Below, one piece after another: positions 35,336 through 44,426 of a stretch of DNA of 64,000 nt (position 1 is the first letter of the stretch; every line of letters starts with the position of its first letter). The notes beneath the pieces are model-generated. The model was given only the letters and a program-made list of their open reading frames with translations, was not told where the DNA came from and made no database searches. This stretch comes from an uncultured Candidatus Peribacteria bacterium (lineage in GTDB: Bacteria > Patescibacteriota > Gracilibacteria > UBA1369 > UBA12463), in NCBI GenBank assembly GCA_964356305.1, contig CAYHGS010000001.1, positions 16,130 through 80,129 of the forward strand, read 5' to 3'. The translations under genes were made by a program, and so were the position numbers.

Positions 35336-36586
35336 GTGGGCTTTTTTTCCCGCCGCATTCGACGAAGAGGCAATTTTTACCTCGCCCTTGATATAGGAAC
35401 CGATGTGGTGAAGGCTCTTATTTGCTCTGCAGAAGGCGCAAAAGGTAAGGTCATAGGCGTTGGACGCAAGTCCCAGCGCGTTGGCGATATGCATAGTGGT
35501 GTCGTTACGGATATCGCGAGCGTGATTCGCAATTGCCAAGATGCTATTCGAGATGCCGAAAAAATTGCAGGTGTTCATCCTGAACAGATGGTCATTGGTA
35601 TTGCAGGCGAGCTCGTAAAGGGTGCGACTATTACGACGAGCTACACAAGACGGGATCCTGATACAAAAATAGATCTATCGGAGTTAAAAAATATTGTTCA
35701 CAAGGTTCAGTGGAAAGCTTTTGAGCAGGTGCGCTCCCAGCTCTCTGAAGAAACGGGATACAATGAAATTGATGTGAAGCTCGTAAATGCGGCGATTGTT
35801 GATGTGCGCATTGATGGCTACAAGGTCAGCAATCCTATCGGTTTTCAGGGACGTGAAGTGGTGATGAGCATCTTCAATGCCTTCGCGCCGCTCGTCCATT
35901 ATGGAGCGCTTCAGACGATTGCTTCAGAGTTAGATATAGAGCTACTTTCTGTCATTGCCGAGCCCTACGCGGTCAGCAGATGTCTACGAGAAGAAGATGG
36001 TGGCGGAAATGTGAATGCCATTTTTATTGATGTCGGTGGTGGGACGACGGATGTTGCCCTGGTGCAAAACGGTCGCGTGGAAGGAACAAAAATGTTTACG
36101 CTCGGAGGAAGAACATTTACGAAACGACTCAGTCACAGTCTCAATATTTCCTACGAAGAAGCAGAGACCATTAAACTCACCTATAGCGATGATAAGTTAG
36201 AAAAACATTCCCAGAAAATTGTTCGTGAGGCGATGAAGAGCGATTGTGACGTGTGGCTTAGCGGTATTATTTTGACGTTAAGTGAGTATGCAACTGAGAG
36301 CCTCCCGACGAAGATTTATCTGTGCGGAGGAGGATCTCGATTGCCGGAAATTTTTGAAGTTCTCGATTCGCGTGAATGGATTAAAACGCTTCCCTTTGCC
36401 AAAAAACCACAAGTTAGCTTCTTGAATCCAAAAATGGTTGCCAATATGTTTGACGAAACGAAAATGCTTAAAGATATTCAAGATGTCACCCCGATGGCTC
36501 TGGCTAATATGGCTCTCGATTTTGCCGGAGAAGAACACATCCTCTCAACGCTTCTCAAAAAAGTTGTTCGCCTGATGCAAATATAA
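35336..36586 (+). CDS. ftsA: cell division protein FtsA (actin-like ATPase)
   Basis: LALDIGTDVVKAL phosphate-1 motif, IFIDVGGGTTDVAL, LCGGGSRLPEI, and a C-terminal amphipathic tail LLKKVVRLMQI. I prefer the in-frame GTG at 35336 to the tracked GTG at 35288. Confidence 0.8.
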   Translation: MGFFSRRIRRRGNFYLALDIGTDVVKALICSAEGAKGKVIGVGRKSQRVGDMHSGVVTDIASVIRNCQDAIRDAEKIAGVHPEQMVIGIAGELVKGATITTSYTRRDPDTKIDLSELKNIVHKVQWKAFEQVRSQLSEETGYNEIDVKLVNAAIVDVRIDGYKVSNPIGFQGREVVMSIFNAFAPLVHYGALQTIASELDIELLSVIAEPYAVSRCLREEDGGGNVNAIFIDVGGGTTDVALVQNGRVEGTKMFTLGGRTFTKRLSHSLNISYEEAETIKLTYSDDKLEKHSQKIVREAMKSDCDVWLSGIILTLSEYATESLPTKIYLCGGGSRLPEIFEVLDSREWIKTLPFAKKPQVSFLNPKMVANMFDETKMLKDIQDVTPMALANMALDFAGEEHILSTLLKKVVRLMQI

Positions 36587-36608
36587 TTCTTCATTCTCTC
36601 CTTTACTC

Positions 36609-38387
36609 ATGGCTGAAAAAAAAGATACCAACAAGGAAAAAATTATCGACTCAACCAAAACCGTCTCATCTCGCAAGATTTTTTATTGCGACATCGACGA
36701 TGAGGTGACGATGATTTTTGATCGAGTAAAAGGTACGAAATTAAAGGATGTATATCTCGTAATTCCTCGGCAGGCTACGATGTTTCAGAGCCTGGTAAAT
36801 TTAAAAATTCTTAAAAGAAAAGTAGAAGAGGCGGGGAAAAAACTGCATATTATTACGGATGATGTAAATGGTGTCCACCTCACGCATCAGGCCGGAATCC
36901 CTGTCTATGAACGGCTGGAGACACAGGGAGGCTATGTGCCAAAACCAGAGGATGAGAAGATGAGAATCACCCCACTGAAGGCTACGGTAAATGCGTTAGA
37001 AGACGATACCCCAACCAGACTTTCCGAAAAAAAGCTCTCTATATCCGAACTTCTCGGCAGAGGTCGTAAGCGCAAAATTCCATTTGTAAGCAGTGCCCTT
37101 CATTTTATTACATCCAAAGAGAAGAAGGAAAAGGATATGAAATTTGTTGTTGTTTCCCCTAATAGACAAGCGCTTATCGCTCTTGTGACCATCAGCGTGC
37201 TCCTCGTACTCATTATCTTCTATATCGCCCTTCCCGGATCTACGCTCTACCTCACCCCTAAATCAAATGTGATTGATCACTCCGTCAATTTGGTTTTTGC
37301 GGATTACGAGTCGAATAAAGCGGAACTCGATAATCATCCTCCAAAAGTTCTCGGCTCCCACAAGATCACTACGACCATTCATCGGACTATCCTCCAGGGA
37401 TCTACCGGGAAGATATTCCAGGGGCAGAATGCTCGCGGACGTCTCACGGTCTACAACACCCAGCCAAAACCATGGCCCCTGATCCCGAATACCCGCTTCC
37501 AGACTACTGAAGGAGTTGTCTTCCGTATTCAGCAGTTCGTCACCGTTCCGCCAAATCGTGGCGGAGTAAATGGATCAATTGATGTGGATGTGACGGCCGA
37601 TGGACTTGATGCCTATAATCAGCCGGCTGGTGATCGTGGTAATATTCAGCCAACAAAACTTTTTCTTCCGGGTCTTAACGCGGATAATCAGAAAAAGATT
37701 TTTGCGGAATCAAAAATTGCTTTTGTAGGTGGTTCGACCTCCGTGAAGAAAAAAGTTTCTCCTGAGGACATCGTTGCCGCCACGAACAAACTCAAGAAGG
37801 ATCTCGAGGACTCCGTAGAGACCGAGCTTGACCGCGTTATTCAAGAAAAAAATAATAATTTAGCTGATCGTTCTAACTTTGCCCTTCTCAAAGGGAAACT
37901 CGCATACACGCTCTCGGAGCCACGAATCTCTATCGCTTCCGATGCTGTTGGTAAAGAACTGGACCAATTCGAAGCAGTCGGCGAGATGGATGTAACCGGT
38001 GTGTATTTCAATCTCCAAGAAGTTCTCGCCATCATGAAGGCGGAGTTGAAAATCCGAAAAAGTCCGGATAAGCGAATCGTAAAAATCGATGAATCAACTA
38101 TCACCTACCGTATTTTTGATGTCGATCCTGCGACGAAGAAAATCAAAGTAACCGCCACACTCAAGGGACTTGAAGAATATGACATCAATCCTTCACGAGA
38201 AAATGGCGAAAGACTTATTCAGAAAATCAAAGACCACATTGTCGGTCGCAAGACGCAGGACGCCAAGGAATATATCCTCAGCCTCCCCGAAATTGCCACC
38301 GTCGAGATTAAGAACTGGCCTATCTGGGCCCCTACTATTCCCGGCATCCCGGATAATATCAGTGTCGAGCTTGTTTCCTCTCCGTAG
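36609..38387 (+). CDS. single-pass membrane protein of unknown function (592 aa)
   Basis: Cytoplasmic N-terminal domain of about 170 aa, one TM helix (ALIALVTISVLLVLIIFYIAL), and a large extracytoplasmic part. The segment GRLTVYNTQPKPWPLIPNTRFQTTEGVVFRI...VDVTADG is faintly reminiscent of baseplate-J-like proteins. Confidence 0.55.
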   Translation: MAEKKDTNKEKIIDSTKTVSSRKIFYCDIDDEVTMIFDRVKGTKLKDVYLVIPRQATMFQSLVNLKILKRKVEEAGKKLHIITDDVNGVHLTHQAGIPVYERLETQGGYVPKPEDEKMRITPLKATVNALEDDTPTRLSEKKLSISELLGRGRKRKIPFVSSALHFITSKEKKEKDMKFVVVSPNRQALIALVTISVLLVLIIFYIALPGSTLYLTPKSNVIDHSVNLVFADYESNKAELDNHPPKVLGSHKITTTIHRTILQGSTGKIFQGQNARGRLTVYNTQPKPWPLIPNTRFQTTEGVVFRIQQFVTVPPNRGGVNGSIDVDVTADGLDAYNQPAGDRGNIQPTKLFLPGLNADNQKKIFAESKIAFVGGSTSVKKKVSPEDIVAATNKLKKDLEDSVETELDRVIQEKNNNLADRSNFALLKGKLAYTLSEPRISIASDAVGKELDQFEAVGEMDVTGVYFNLQEVLAIMKAELKIRKSPDKRIVKIDESTITYRIFDVDPATKKIKVTATLKGLEEYDINPSRENGERLIQKIKDHIVGRKTQDAKEYILSLPEIATVEIKNWPIWAPTIPGIPDNISVELVSSP

Positions 38388-38479
38388 TCCCATATTCCGA
38401 GGTTATTAACCCCCTATTTTACCATCTGGACAAATGTGTCTAAATCATGGTATAATAGTAAAAAAATAACCAAACAAAT

Positions 38480-39655
38480 ATGAAATTCTACCAGGACTCA
38501 GGCTTCAAGTGGACCGTCGCATCAACATTCGTCCTTGCTTCAATCTTTGCCGTAACGAGTTTTAGCGCCAGTGCAGGCGCGCCAATAGCTAATCCACCTG
38601 GCGGAAATATTTCTCCTACATTTACTAATCTCACCACGGCTACCGACGTGATCGTCGGAAAGAATCTCCGTGTCGGAGACTCAATTGTCCCCAATAGTGG
38701 AAAAAGCTTTGCATTGGCTGCTGATAAGGTGAATTTCACGAAGGATATTGAAGTTGCGGGAGATGGAATCATCAACAAGGTCTTGCGTGTCGTAGGCTCT
38801 ATCACGGGAAAAGATCCTCTTACTCCTCTTCTGTTAGACGGTAACACAAATGTAAAAGGAAATCTGAATATCAGCGATGGGCTTGCGGCTGGAATTACTA
38901 TCAATTCCAATACGATTCTTCAGAAACAACCCGGTGAATGGATTCACCTAGGGGATAATCTCGGAAAAGTAGATATTCCTGGTAATTTCAATGCCTCGGG
39001 TAAGGTAAATCTTGGTACCATCGATGCCGCTAGCCTTAAGCTTTCTAGTTTTCTCAGTGTCACGGGACTAACGAAATTTGTGAATATTTGGAGCTCCGGT
39101 GATGTTATGGCAAATAAATACACTGTGGCAAAAGTTACCGCCGGTGGCCTTGAGGGCAATTTTGGTGGTCTCTCAATTGACGAAGCTGGAAAATCTATTC
39201 AACTGTACTCCAATAAACCCAATTCTAATCATGTCCGCATTGAGGGGCTAGACTTTTCTTCAACCATACTTCCATACTCTGCGACTATTACTTACAAGGC
39301 CCCAGGTGCTCCTCCCTTGAAAATCGACGCCCCCCTGAATGTGACCGGACATTTCAAAGCAGCAACTATTGGAGGATTTAATCAACTTAGCTTACTTGGC
39401 AATAATGGCGGTAATTCCGTTCTCGTTACCCCTGGAAAAGTTGGAGCCGTATCATCCGTGAACTGTCCGTCAAAAACCCAAGAAATGATAAGCTGTTCTA
39501 TGTTTTCATACCAAACTACATTAACGGCATCGGCAATCATAAGCTCTAATGCGGGTTGGGGTTCTGACTGGAACTGCAGTGTCACTGCCCAAAACAATGG
39601 AACGAAAAATGCAGTATATAGCGCACAGGCCGTGTGCTTTGACCCAAATGAGTAA
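38480..39655 (+). CDS. secreted protein, probable beta-helical repeats with a Cys-containing C-terminal domain
   Basis: Signal peptide (VLASIFAVTSFSASAGA), repetitive G/N/V/I-rich segments, and a C-terminal 80 aa or so with 5 Cys. An extended -10 TGGTATAAT (38446-38454) ends 25 nt upstream of the ATG. Confidence 0.55.
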   Translation: MKFYQDSGFKWTVASTFVLASIFAVTSFSASAGAPIANPPGGNISPTFTNLTTATDVIVGKNLRVGDSIVPNSGKSFALAADKVNFTKDIEVAGDGIINKVLRVVGSITGKDPLTPLLLDGNTNVKGNLNISDGLAAGITINSNTILQKQPGEWIHLGDNLGKVDIPGNFNASGKVNLGTIDAASLKLSSFLSVTGLTKFVNIWSSGDVMANKYTVAKVTAGGLEGNFGGLSIDEAGKSIQLYSNKPNSNHVRIEGLDFSSTILPYSATITYKAPGAPPLKIDAPLNVTGHFKAATIGGFNQLSLLGNNGGNSVLVTPGKVGAVSSVNCPSKTQEMISCSMFSYQTTLTASAIISSNAGWGSDWNCSVTAQNNGTKNAVYSAQAVCFDPNE

Positions 39656-39660
39656 ATTCC

Positions 39661-40185
39661 TTATTGTACATCTACACCAAGCGATGCTTGGCACATTTTT
39701 CGTGCACTCTCCCTCTTAATCTGTAAACATATTTTTTCATCTTTTTGCTCATAAGCCATTTTGGATAATATGGCTATTTGGCATTGATCTTTCGCCTGAT
39801 CATTTTTCAACTCATCGCAAGCTACAAGCGAAGTTCCATTTTGAGCCTTCTGAAGCTTATCGTTTTCTTCTTTTGCACTTTGCTGCTCACGTGCCTTGGA
39901 AGTCGTGGCAAGTTCACAAGCTTTTTTATACTGAGGATCTACAACAAACTCACATGCGTTGAGATCACCAGAAGCTAAGGCAATATCAGTTTGCATTGAA
40001 TCGGCCACAGTACCTATGCATGACATACGTTCGGCTGAATCCTGGAGACTTTCGCAGATTATCTTATCTTTCAAGGAGACCGCTTTTTTTGTAATGTCTT
40101 CCGCTATTGCGTTTGGCGCATACCAAGAACAACCGGCCAAAAGAAGTAAGCCAAGGGTAAGCGCAGTGAGAGAGGTTTTTTTCAT
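39661..40185 (-). CDS. Cys-rich lipoprotein, unknown function
   Basis: Lipobox LLLLAGCSW and repeated C-x-n-C spacing in a charged helical protein. Confidence 0.6.
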   Translation of the reverse strand: MKKTSLTALTLGLLLLAGCSWYAPNAIAEDITKKAVSLKDKIICESLQDSAERMSCIGTVADSMQTDIALASGDLNACEFVVDPQYKKACELATTSKAREQQSAKEENDKLQKAQNGTSLVACDELKNDQAKDQCQIAILSKMAYEQKDEKICLQIKRESARKMCQASLGVDVQ

Positions 40186-40236
40186 AATGTGAGGTGAGGT
40201 TTATGAGGTTTGCCGAATTGTACGTGTAGTTTTTTT

Positions 40237-41148
40237 TTAGAGACCGAGCTGTTTTCTAATCTCCTCGGCTTTTTTGGCATCTTCATCGGCCTTTCCCTGT
40301 TGTTCAAACTCGCCCTCGAGGTCCATCCATTCTTCGTAGTGTTTCTGAGCAAGCTTTTCGAGCTGCTCGATGTGTTTCTTGGAGAGTTGGGCAAATTTTT
40401 CACGTTCTTCTTCGAAGATACGGATTAATTCGTCGATTTGAGATTGTTTGAGTTTTGGGACGGACTCGACGATTTTCTTCTTCTCATCCTTCGTGAGGGA
40501 GATTGATCCGGCAAGCATGTGGAGGAAATACTGCTCATCAAATGAGAGCTCATGTGGCGGAATCTTCACTCGCAGTACGGCAGGAAGCTTGTCCCCTACC
40601 TTGAAATTTGCTGGGGTTTCGTCTTCGGGAGGTGGTGGTGGAGGAGGAGGCATAGGTGTTCCGCCATATCCGCCCTGCATACCCTGTTGTCCTTGCTGTC
40701 CGCCATAGGGATCCATTGGCATTCCGCCGCCCGGAGGCATCATACCACCCTGCTGTGGCATTCCCATTCCTGGCTGTTGCATATATCCACCCTGATATTG
40801 TGGTACTTGTTGTGGCATACCCTGCATCGGCTGCTGAGGGTAGGGAGCATATCCCTGTTGAGGATATCCGCCTGGCTGCTGCTGCGGCGGTAGTGGTGGT
40901 TGCTGTTGAAAATCACCGTAGTATCCCTGTGGCGGCATCGGTGGCTGAGCCATCGGCTGCTGTTGAGGTGGCATCTGATAATACGGCTGCGGTGGTTGCT
41001 GTACGGGAAATGGTGGAGGCGGAAGTGGCTGTCCTGCGCCAGCAGTAGCGGCAGCACCCGAGGTATCATCCTGAGGTGGAGGTGTTGGCTGAGAGCCGCC
41101 TTGCTGGCCTGCTGTTCCCTGGTTTTGTGGATCTTGGTTGTCTGACAT
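40237..41148 (-). CDS. Pro/Gln/Gly-rich low-complexity protein with a conserved C-terminal helical domain (paralogous to the C terminus of 55904..56458)
   Basis: About 190 aa of P/Q/G/M repeats, then ...[44 protein letters not shown]... Start taken at ATG 41148 (MSDNQD), which lies 7 nt after a TAAAAT -10 box. Confidence 0.65.
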   Translation of the reverse strand: MSDNQDPQNQGTAGQQGGSQPTPPPQDDTSGAAATAGAGQPLPPPPFPVQQPPQPYYQMPPQQQPMAQPPMPPQGYYGDFQQQPPLPPQQQPGGYPQQGYAPYPQQPMQGMPQQVPQYQGGYMQQPGMGMPQQGGMMPPGGGMPMDPYGGQQGQQGMQGGYGGTPMPPPPPPPPEDETPANFKVGDKLPAVLRVKIPPHELSFDEQYFLHMLAGSISLTKDEKKKIVESVPKLKQSQIDELIRIFEEEREKFAQLSKKHIEQLEKLAQKHYEEWMDLEGEFEQQGKADEDAKKAEEIRKQLGL

Positions 41149-41155
41149 CGTGGGT

Positions 41156-41184
41156 ATTTTACGGGTCTCGTGCCTGCGTTGCAA
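41156..41184 (-). promoter_or_regulatory. sigma70-type promoter, leaderless geometry
   Basis: On the minus strand: TTGCAA (41184-41179), a 17-nt spacer, TAAAAT (41161-41156), then 7 nt to ATG 41148. Confidence 0.5.
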
Positions 41185-41211
41185 GCTGATTCACAGCTTT
41201 AATTCGACTTC

Positions 41212-41982
41212 CTACTTCTTCTTCGTAACTGGCTTAGGAGTGACTAATGCTGGAGCAGCAGGTGCTGTGACGACCGGAGGTGTGACTTGTTTGGTGAAAT
41301 AAGGTGCCATCATTGCAGGATAAGGATACTGATACTGACCCTGATTTTGCGCTCCCCACTGTTGCATCATGCGAGGGCCTCCGAATGAATATTTAAATTT
41401 ACCATCAAAGCCCCTTGAAGACATGGATGCGAAGAAAGCGAAGTGAATGGCGCAAACTACGCTCATCATTATAATAACAATAGCTATCAATGAAGTAATG
41501 ATATCTGTTTTATAGAGCGTGGCGAGAGCCTTCAGCGAGACTGATATTGTGATGAGCATACCTAGCATAAGTACGATGGCGGCAAGTCCAAAACCTACCA
41601 TTGGAATAGCCGCGACGATGACGGCTAGAAGAAGATATACTGACATCAGAAAGCAGTTGACGGTTGAGACTTTGAATGCATCTAACAGCGTGCCCTTTTC
41701 CGAGAAAATTCTCATAACAAGATGAATAAGTGCTGCTCTGACTGTATTGATGATATAAATTCCTACGAGAAGGACGATAAAATATCGTGCATAATTCCAT
41801 GATGACCATTGGAAGCCTTTCATCATGTCTTTTGCCCATATTGATGAGGCGCAGAAAAACGCCAACATTACGGCAAGAGATGAGAGGGCTGACGCTGCGA
41901 GCATCATCAAGACGAAGGCACGTTCAGAGCCCTTCTTAACCATATCGACAGCCTCGAAAGGCTTGAAAAACATCTTGTACAT
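41212..41982 (-). CDS. multi-pass membrane protein (Yip1-like topology) with a Pro-rich C-terminal tail
   Basis: 5 hydrophobic helices after a short cytoplasmic N terminus. The family call is tentative. Confidence 0.5.
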   Translation of the reverse strand: MYKMFFKPFEAVDMVKKGSERAFVLMMLAASALSSLAVMLAFFCASSIWAKDMMKGFQWSSWNYARYFIVLLVGIYIINTVRAALIHLVMRIFSEKGTLLDAFKVSTVNCFLMSVYLLLAVIVAAIPMVGFGLAAIVLMLGMLITISVSLKALATLYKTDIITSLIAIVIIMMSVVCAIHFAFFASMSSRGFDGKFKYSFGGPRMMQQWGAQNQGQYQYPYPAMMAPYFTKQVTPPVVTAPAAPALVTPKPVTKKK

Positions 41983-42015
41983 GAGAGAGGTGAGTGAGGA
42001 AATAATGAGGGTGGC

Positions 42016-42432
42016 CTAATAAAGGCCAAAAATAATATTGTCGAGGGCGATCTTGCCGGCACCGAGTATAAAAATAGCTACACAAGCGGCGAGTATCACG
42101 AGATCAAGCTCCCATCCCGTCTTGTCGTGTGCCGTAAACTTCACATTCCATTTGAATGCCTTGAGATAGATTGCTCCTATCATAATAGTCGCTAGTCCCG
42201 CTGCGGCTATCTGCGTGAGAAAACCTGAGAGAAGCCCAAGAGAACCAAAAAATTCCGCTACTCCAAGTCCCGTGAAAAACCATCCGCTACCCGGCATCTC
42301 CATGCTGGCAGCCATCTGTTTACCATTTTCTATTTTCCATATTCCGTGAACCATGAAGACTGCGGCAATCCCCACTCTCAGTATAAAGAGTGCTATATCG
42401 CCGAACTGATGAAATTGTGCGAGCTGTTCCAT
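42016..42432 (-). CDS. DoxX family membrane protein
   Basis: LFILRVGIAAVFMVHGIWKI N terminus and 4 TM helices in 138 aa. Confidence 0.85.
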   Translation of the reverse strand: MEQLAQFHQFGDIALFILRVGIAAVFMVHGIWKIENGKQMAASMEMPGSGWFFTGLGVAEFFGSLGLLSGFLTQIAAAGLATIMIGAIYLKAFKWNVKFTAHDKTGWELDLVILAACVAIFILGAGKIALDNIIFGLY

Positions 42433-42474
42433 ATAATTGCTATGTTTATACCATTATTTATCGTTGCGTGCAAT

Positions 42475-43116
42475 TTATTTCTTGCTCTCAACTGTGACTG
42501 TTTCCATGATATCCCCTACTTGAATCTTCTTCACAACGTCCATGCCTGATGTGACTTTTCCGAAGATTGTATAAAGTTTCGGAAGCGGTACGTTGTCTAA
42601 CATGATGAAGAATTGTGAGCCATTCGTATTTGGGCCTGAGTTTGCCATTGCGACGATACCCTGATCGTAGCTCCTGACGACTTTTTCATCCGCAAATTTA
42701 TAACCCGGACCCCCAGTTCCATTTCCTGTTGGATCTCCTCCCTGAATTACAAAATTAGATACTACTCGGTGAAAGGTTAGGTTGTCATAATATTGCTGCT
42801 CAGCGAGATAGACGAAGTTACTCACGGTCTTTGGGGCCTCTTGCTCAAACATTTCGAAGGTAATGTCTCCTTTCTTTGTCTTGATGGTTACTTTTTTGTT
42901 GGCAATTCTGTCCGCGGGAAGGACTCCTGGGAAGGTATATGTTACAGGAGTCTTGGCGGCTTTTTGAGCATCATTTTTCGCGGCTGATTCGTCTGCTGAT
43001 GACTTCTTCATATCGGTTGGGTTAGTAGGTGAATAATTTTTATAGATAAGAATGCCGGCAGTAACTATTACAACTGCGGCGAGGACTATGTACCAGACTT
43101 TTCGTGAGCTTTCCAT
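42475..43116 (-). CDS. membrane-anchored cyclophilin-type peptidyl-prolyl isomerase
   Basis: FHRVVSNFVIQGGDPTGNGTGGPGYKFADE and GIVAMANSGPNTNGSQFFI, preceded by an N-terminal TM helix. Confidence 0.9.
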   Translation of the reverse strand: MESSRKVWYIVLAAVVIVTAGILIYKNYSPTNPTDMKKSSADESAAKNDAQKAAKTPVTYTFPGVLPADRIANKKVTIKTKKGDITFEMFEQEAPKTVSNFVYLAEQQYYDNLTFHRVVSNFVIQGGDPTGNGTGGPGYKFADEKVVRSYDQGIVAMANSGPNTNGSQFFIMLDNVPLPKLYTIFGKVTSGMDVVKKIQVGDIMETVTVESKK

Positions 43117-43264
43117 GGTTTTGTGGAGATTAATTAATAAGATTCTATTTGTTCGTGTTGGATTTTAGCGTATTTTCGGACAATTCCAAAGCGGGAATAG
43201 GTTAATATTGTTGACCAACAGTGGGGTTCATGCTAATTTTTCATAGCAAAAAAGTGGATTATTT

Positions 43265-43340
43265 GGACGATTAGCTCAGTTGGTAGAGCGTCTCGTTGAC
43301 GTCGAGAAGGTCAGTGGTTCGAACCCACTATCGTCCACCA
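43265..43340 (+). tRNA. tRNA-Val (anticodon GAC)
   Basis: 76-nt cloverleaf: GGACGAT-TA-GCTC-AGTTGGTA-GAGC-G-TCTCG-TTGACGT-CGAGA-AGGTC-AGTGG-TTCGAAC-CCACT-ATCGTCC-A-CCA. Confidence 0.92.
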
Positions 43341-43343
43341 GAT

Positions 43344-43368
43344 AATTGCATTCAGGAATTGCATTCAG
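43344..43368 (+). repeat. tandem direct repeat AATTGCATTCAG x2 just after tRNA-Val
   Basis: The 12-mer occurs at 43344-55 and 43357-68 (13-nt period). The second copy forms a short hairpin with TGCAAAT (43369-75). Confidence 0.6.
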
Positions 43369-43436
43369 TGCAAATTTGATCTGTATGTTTACGAATCTCA
43401 TTTTTGCTGTATAATGACACCTTTTTAAGGTAATTT

Positions 43437-44384
43437 ATGCGTGAATTTTTGCCAGTTAGTCGCGGGGAAATCGTGGAAAATATCCAAAATCAGTTCACTT
43501 ACGTCAGAGGTAAAACAGGGTACCACTGGAATGACAGCTATTGGGATCACGTGTGGAAGGAGCTCCTAGGGCGTCCACGCCCTGAGTCAGTACGTGACTC
43601 TATTCGTGGCGCAATCGAAAATGCCATACATCGCGACGGTGATATTCTGATAATGGATCAAGGGTGTGGGCATGGTAATGCGCTTCTTGGAATCACTCAG
43701 TCGCTGGCACAACAGAAAAATAATGGCGGCCGTATCATTGGGTATGGCGTGAGTGGTATGGCTGATGATGCTCATTTTGGCAGGGAGCTTACGAAATATG
43801 GAGATGAGAAGGATCATTTTACTGAACTTCAAGCAGAGTTTCCTGGTGATCGTTTTTTTCACGAAATGGGCTCGCGTAATCCCATTCTCATTGCCCTTGA
43901 GCGCGATATTCACAGTGTCACTAATACGGTTCAAATGAAATTTGATCTTATTTTCTCCGATCATGCTTATATGCATCTTCGCTATCCGGCTCGCGCCCTC
44001 TCTCAGGCGATAAATGGATTAAAAATCGGAGGAGTCGCCGTAATTGGTAGGCCCAATCTTGACCTCGCGCTTTACTCTCAATTTCGAGATCTTAACAAAA
44101 TTACTACGATGTGGCAGTGGTTTATGCCCAAACTTCGCAATATGAATCCCGGCTATACCTTTTTACATTCAGGAGATCCATTCTCTATTCGCCGCGACAG
44201 TGATGCGCCGTTCAGAACTGATCTCTCCCATGTCGCAACCGTCTCTAGAGTGGAGAATGGCGAGGACCGCTCCTATGAAACTATGACGTATATCGCCGAT
44301 CCCGCGGAACGATCCCATTTTGTATCGGTCGATCAGTCCCTAGATGTCCCGCTAAATCCATATAGACCCTCAAGATTATACTGA
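43437..44384 (+). CDS. class I SAM-dependent methyltransferase-like protein
   Basis: ILIMDQGCGHGNALL resembles SAM-binding motif I. The rest is unassigned. Confidence 0.5.
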   Translation: MREFLPVSRGEIVENIQNQFTYVRGKTGYHWNDSYWDHVWKELLGRPRPESVRDSIRGAIENAIHRDGDILIMDQGCGHGNALLGITQSLAQQKNNGGRIIGYGVSGMADDAHFGRELTKYGDEKDHFTELQAEFPGDRFFHEMGSRNPILIALERDIHSVTNTVQMKFDLIFSDHAYMHLRYPARALSQAINGLKIGGVAVIGRPNLDLALYSQFRDLNKITTMWQWFMPKLRNMNPGYTFLHSGDPFSIRRDSDAPFRTDLSHVATVSRVENGEDRSYETMTYIADPAERSHFVSVDQSLDVPLNPYRPSRLY

Positions 44385-44426
44385 GCTGTCAGGTTTTTGT
44401 TAGTATGATGGGGTAGGATTTGAAGT

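Noticed and set aside
38480-39655. The Cys-containing C-terminal domain as a diversity-generating retroelement target (CPR genomes often carry DGRs)
   Set aside because: There is no reverse transcriptase gene, and I could not find a template repeat matching the 3' end of this gene anywhere in the window.
40448-41145. Four additional long ORFs in other frames and on the other strand across the P/Q/G-rich gene (40448..40708, 40552..40893, 40656..41048, 40740..41069)
   Set aside because: The repetitive CCN/CAG/GGN codon composition keeps several frames open. Their translations are low-complexity mirror images. Only the minus-strand frame ends in a well-formed conserved domain with a paralog and has a promoter.
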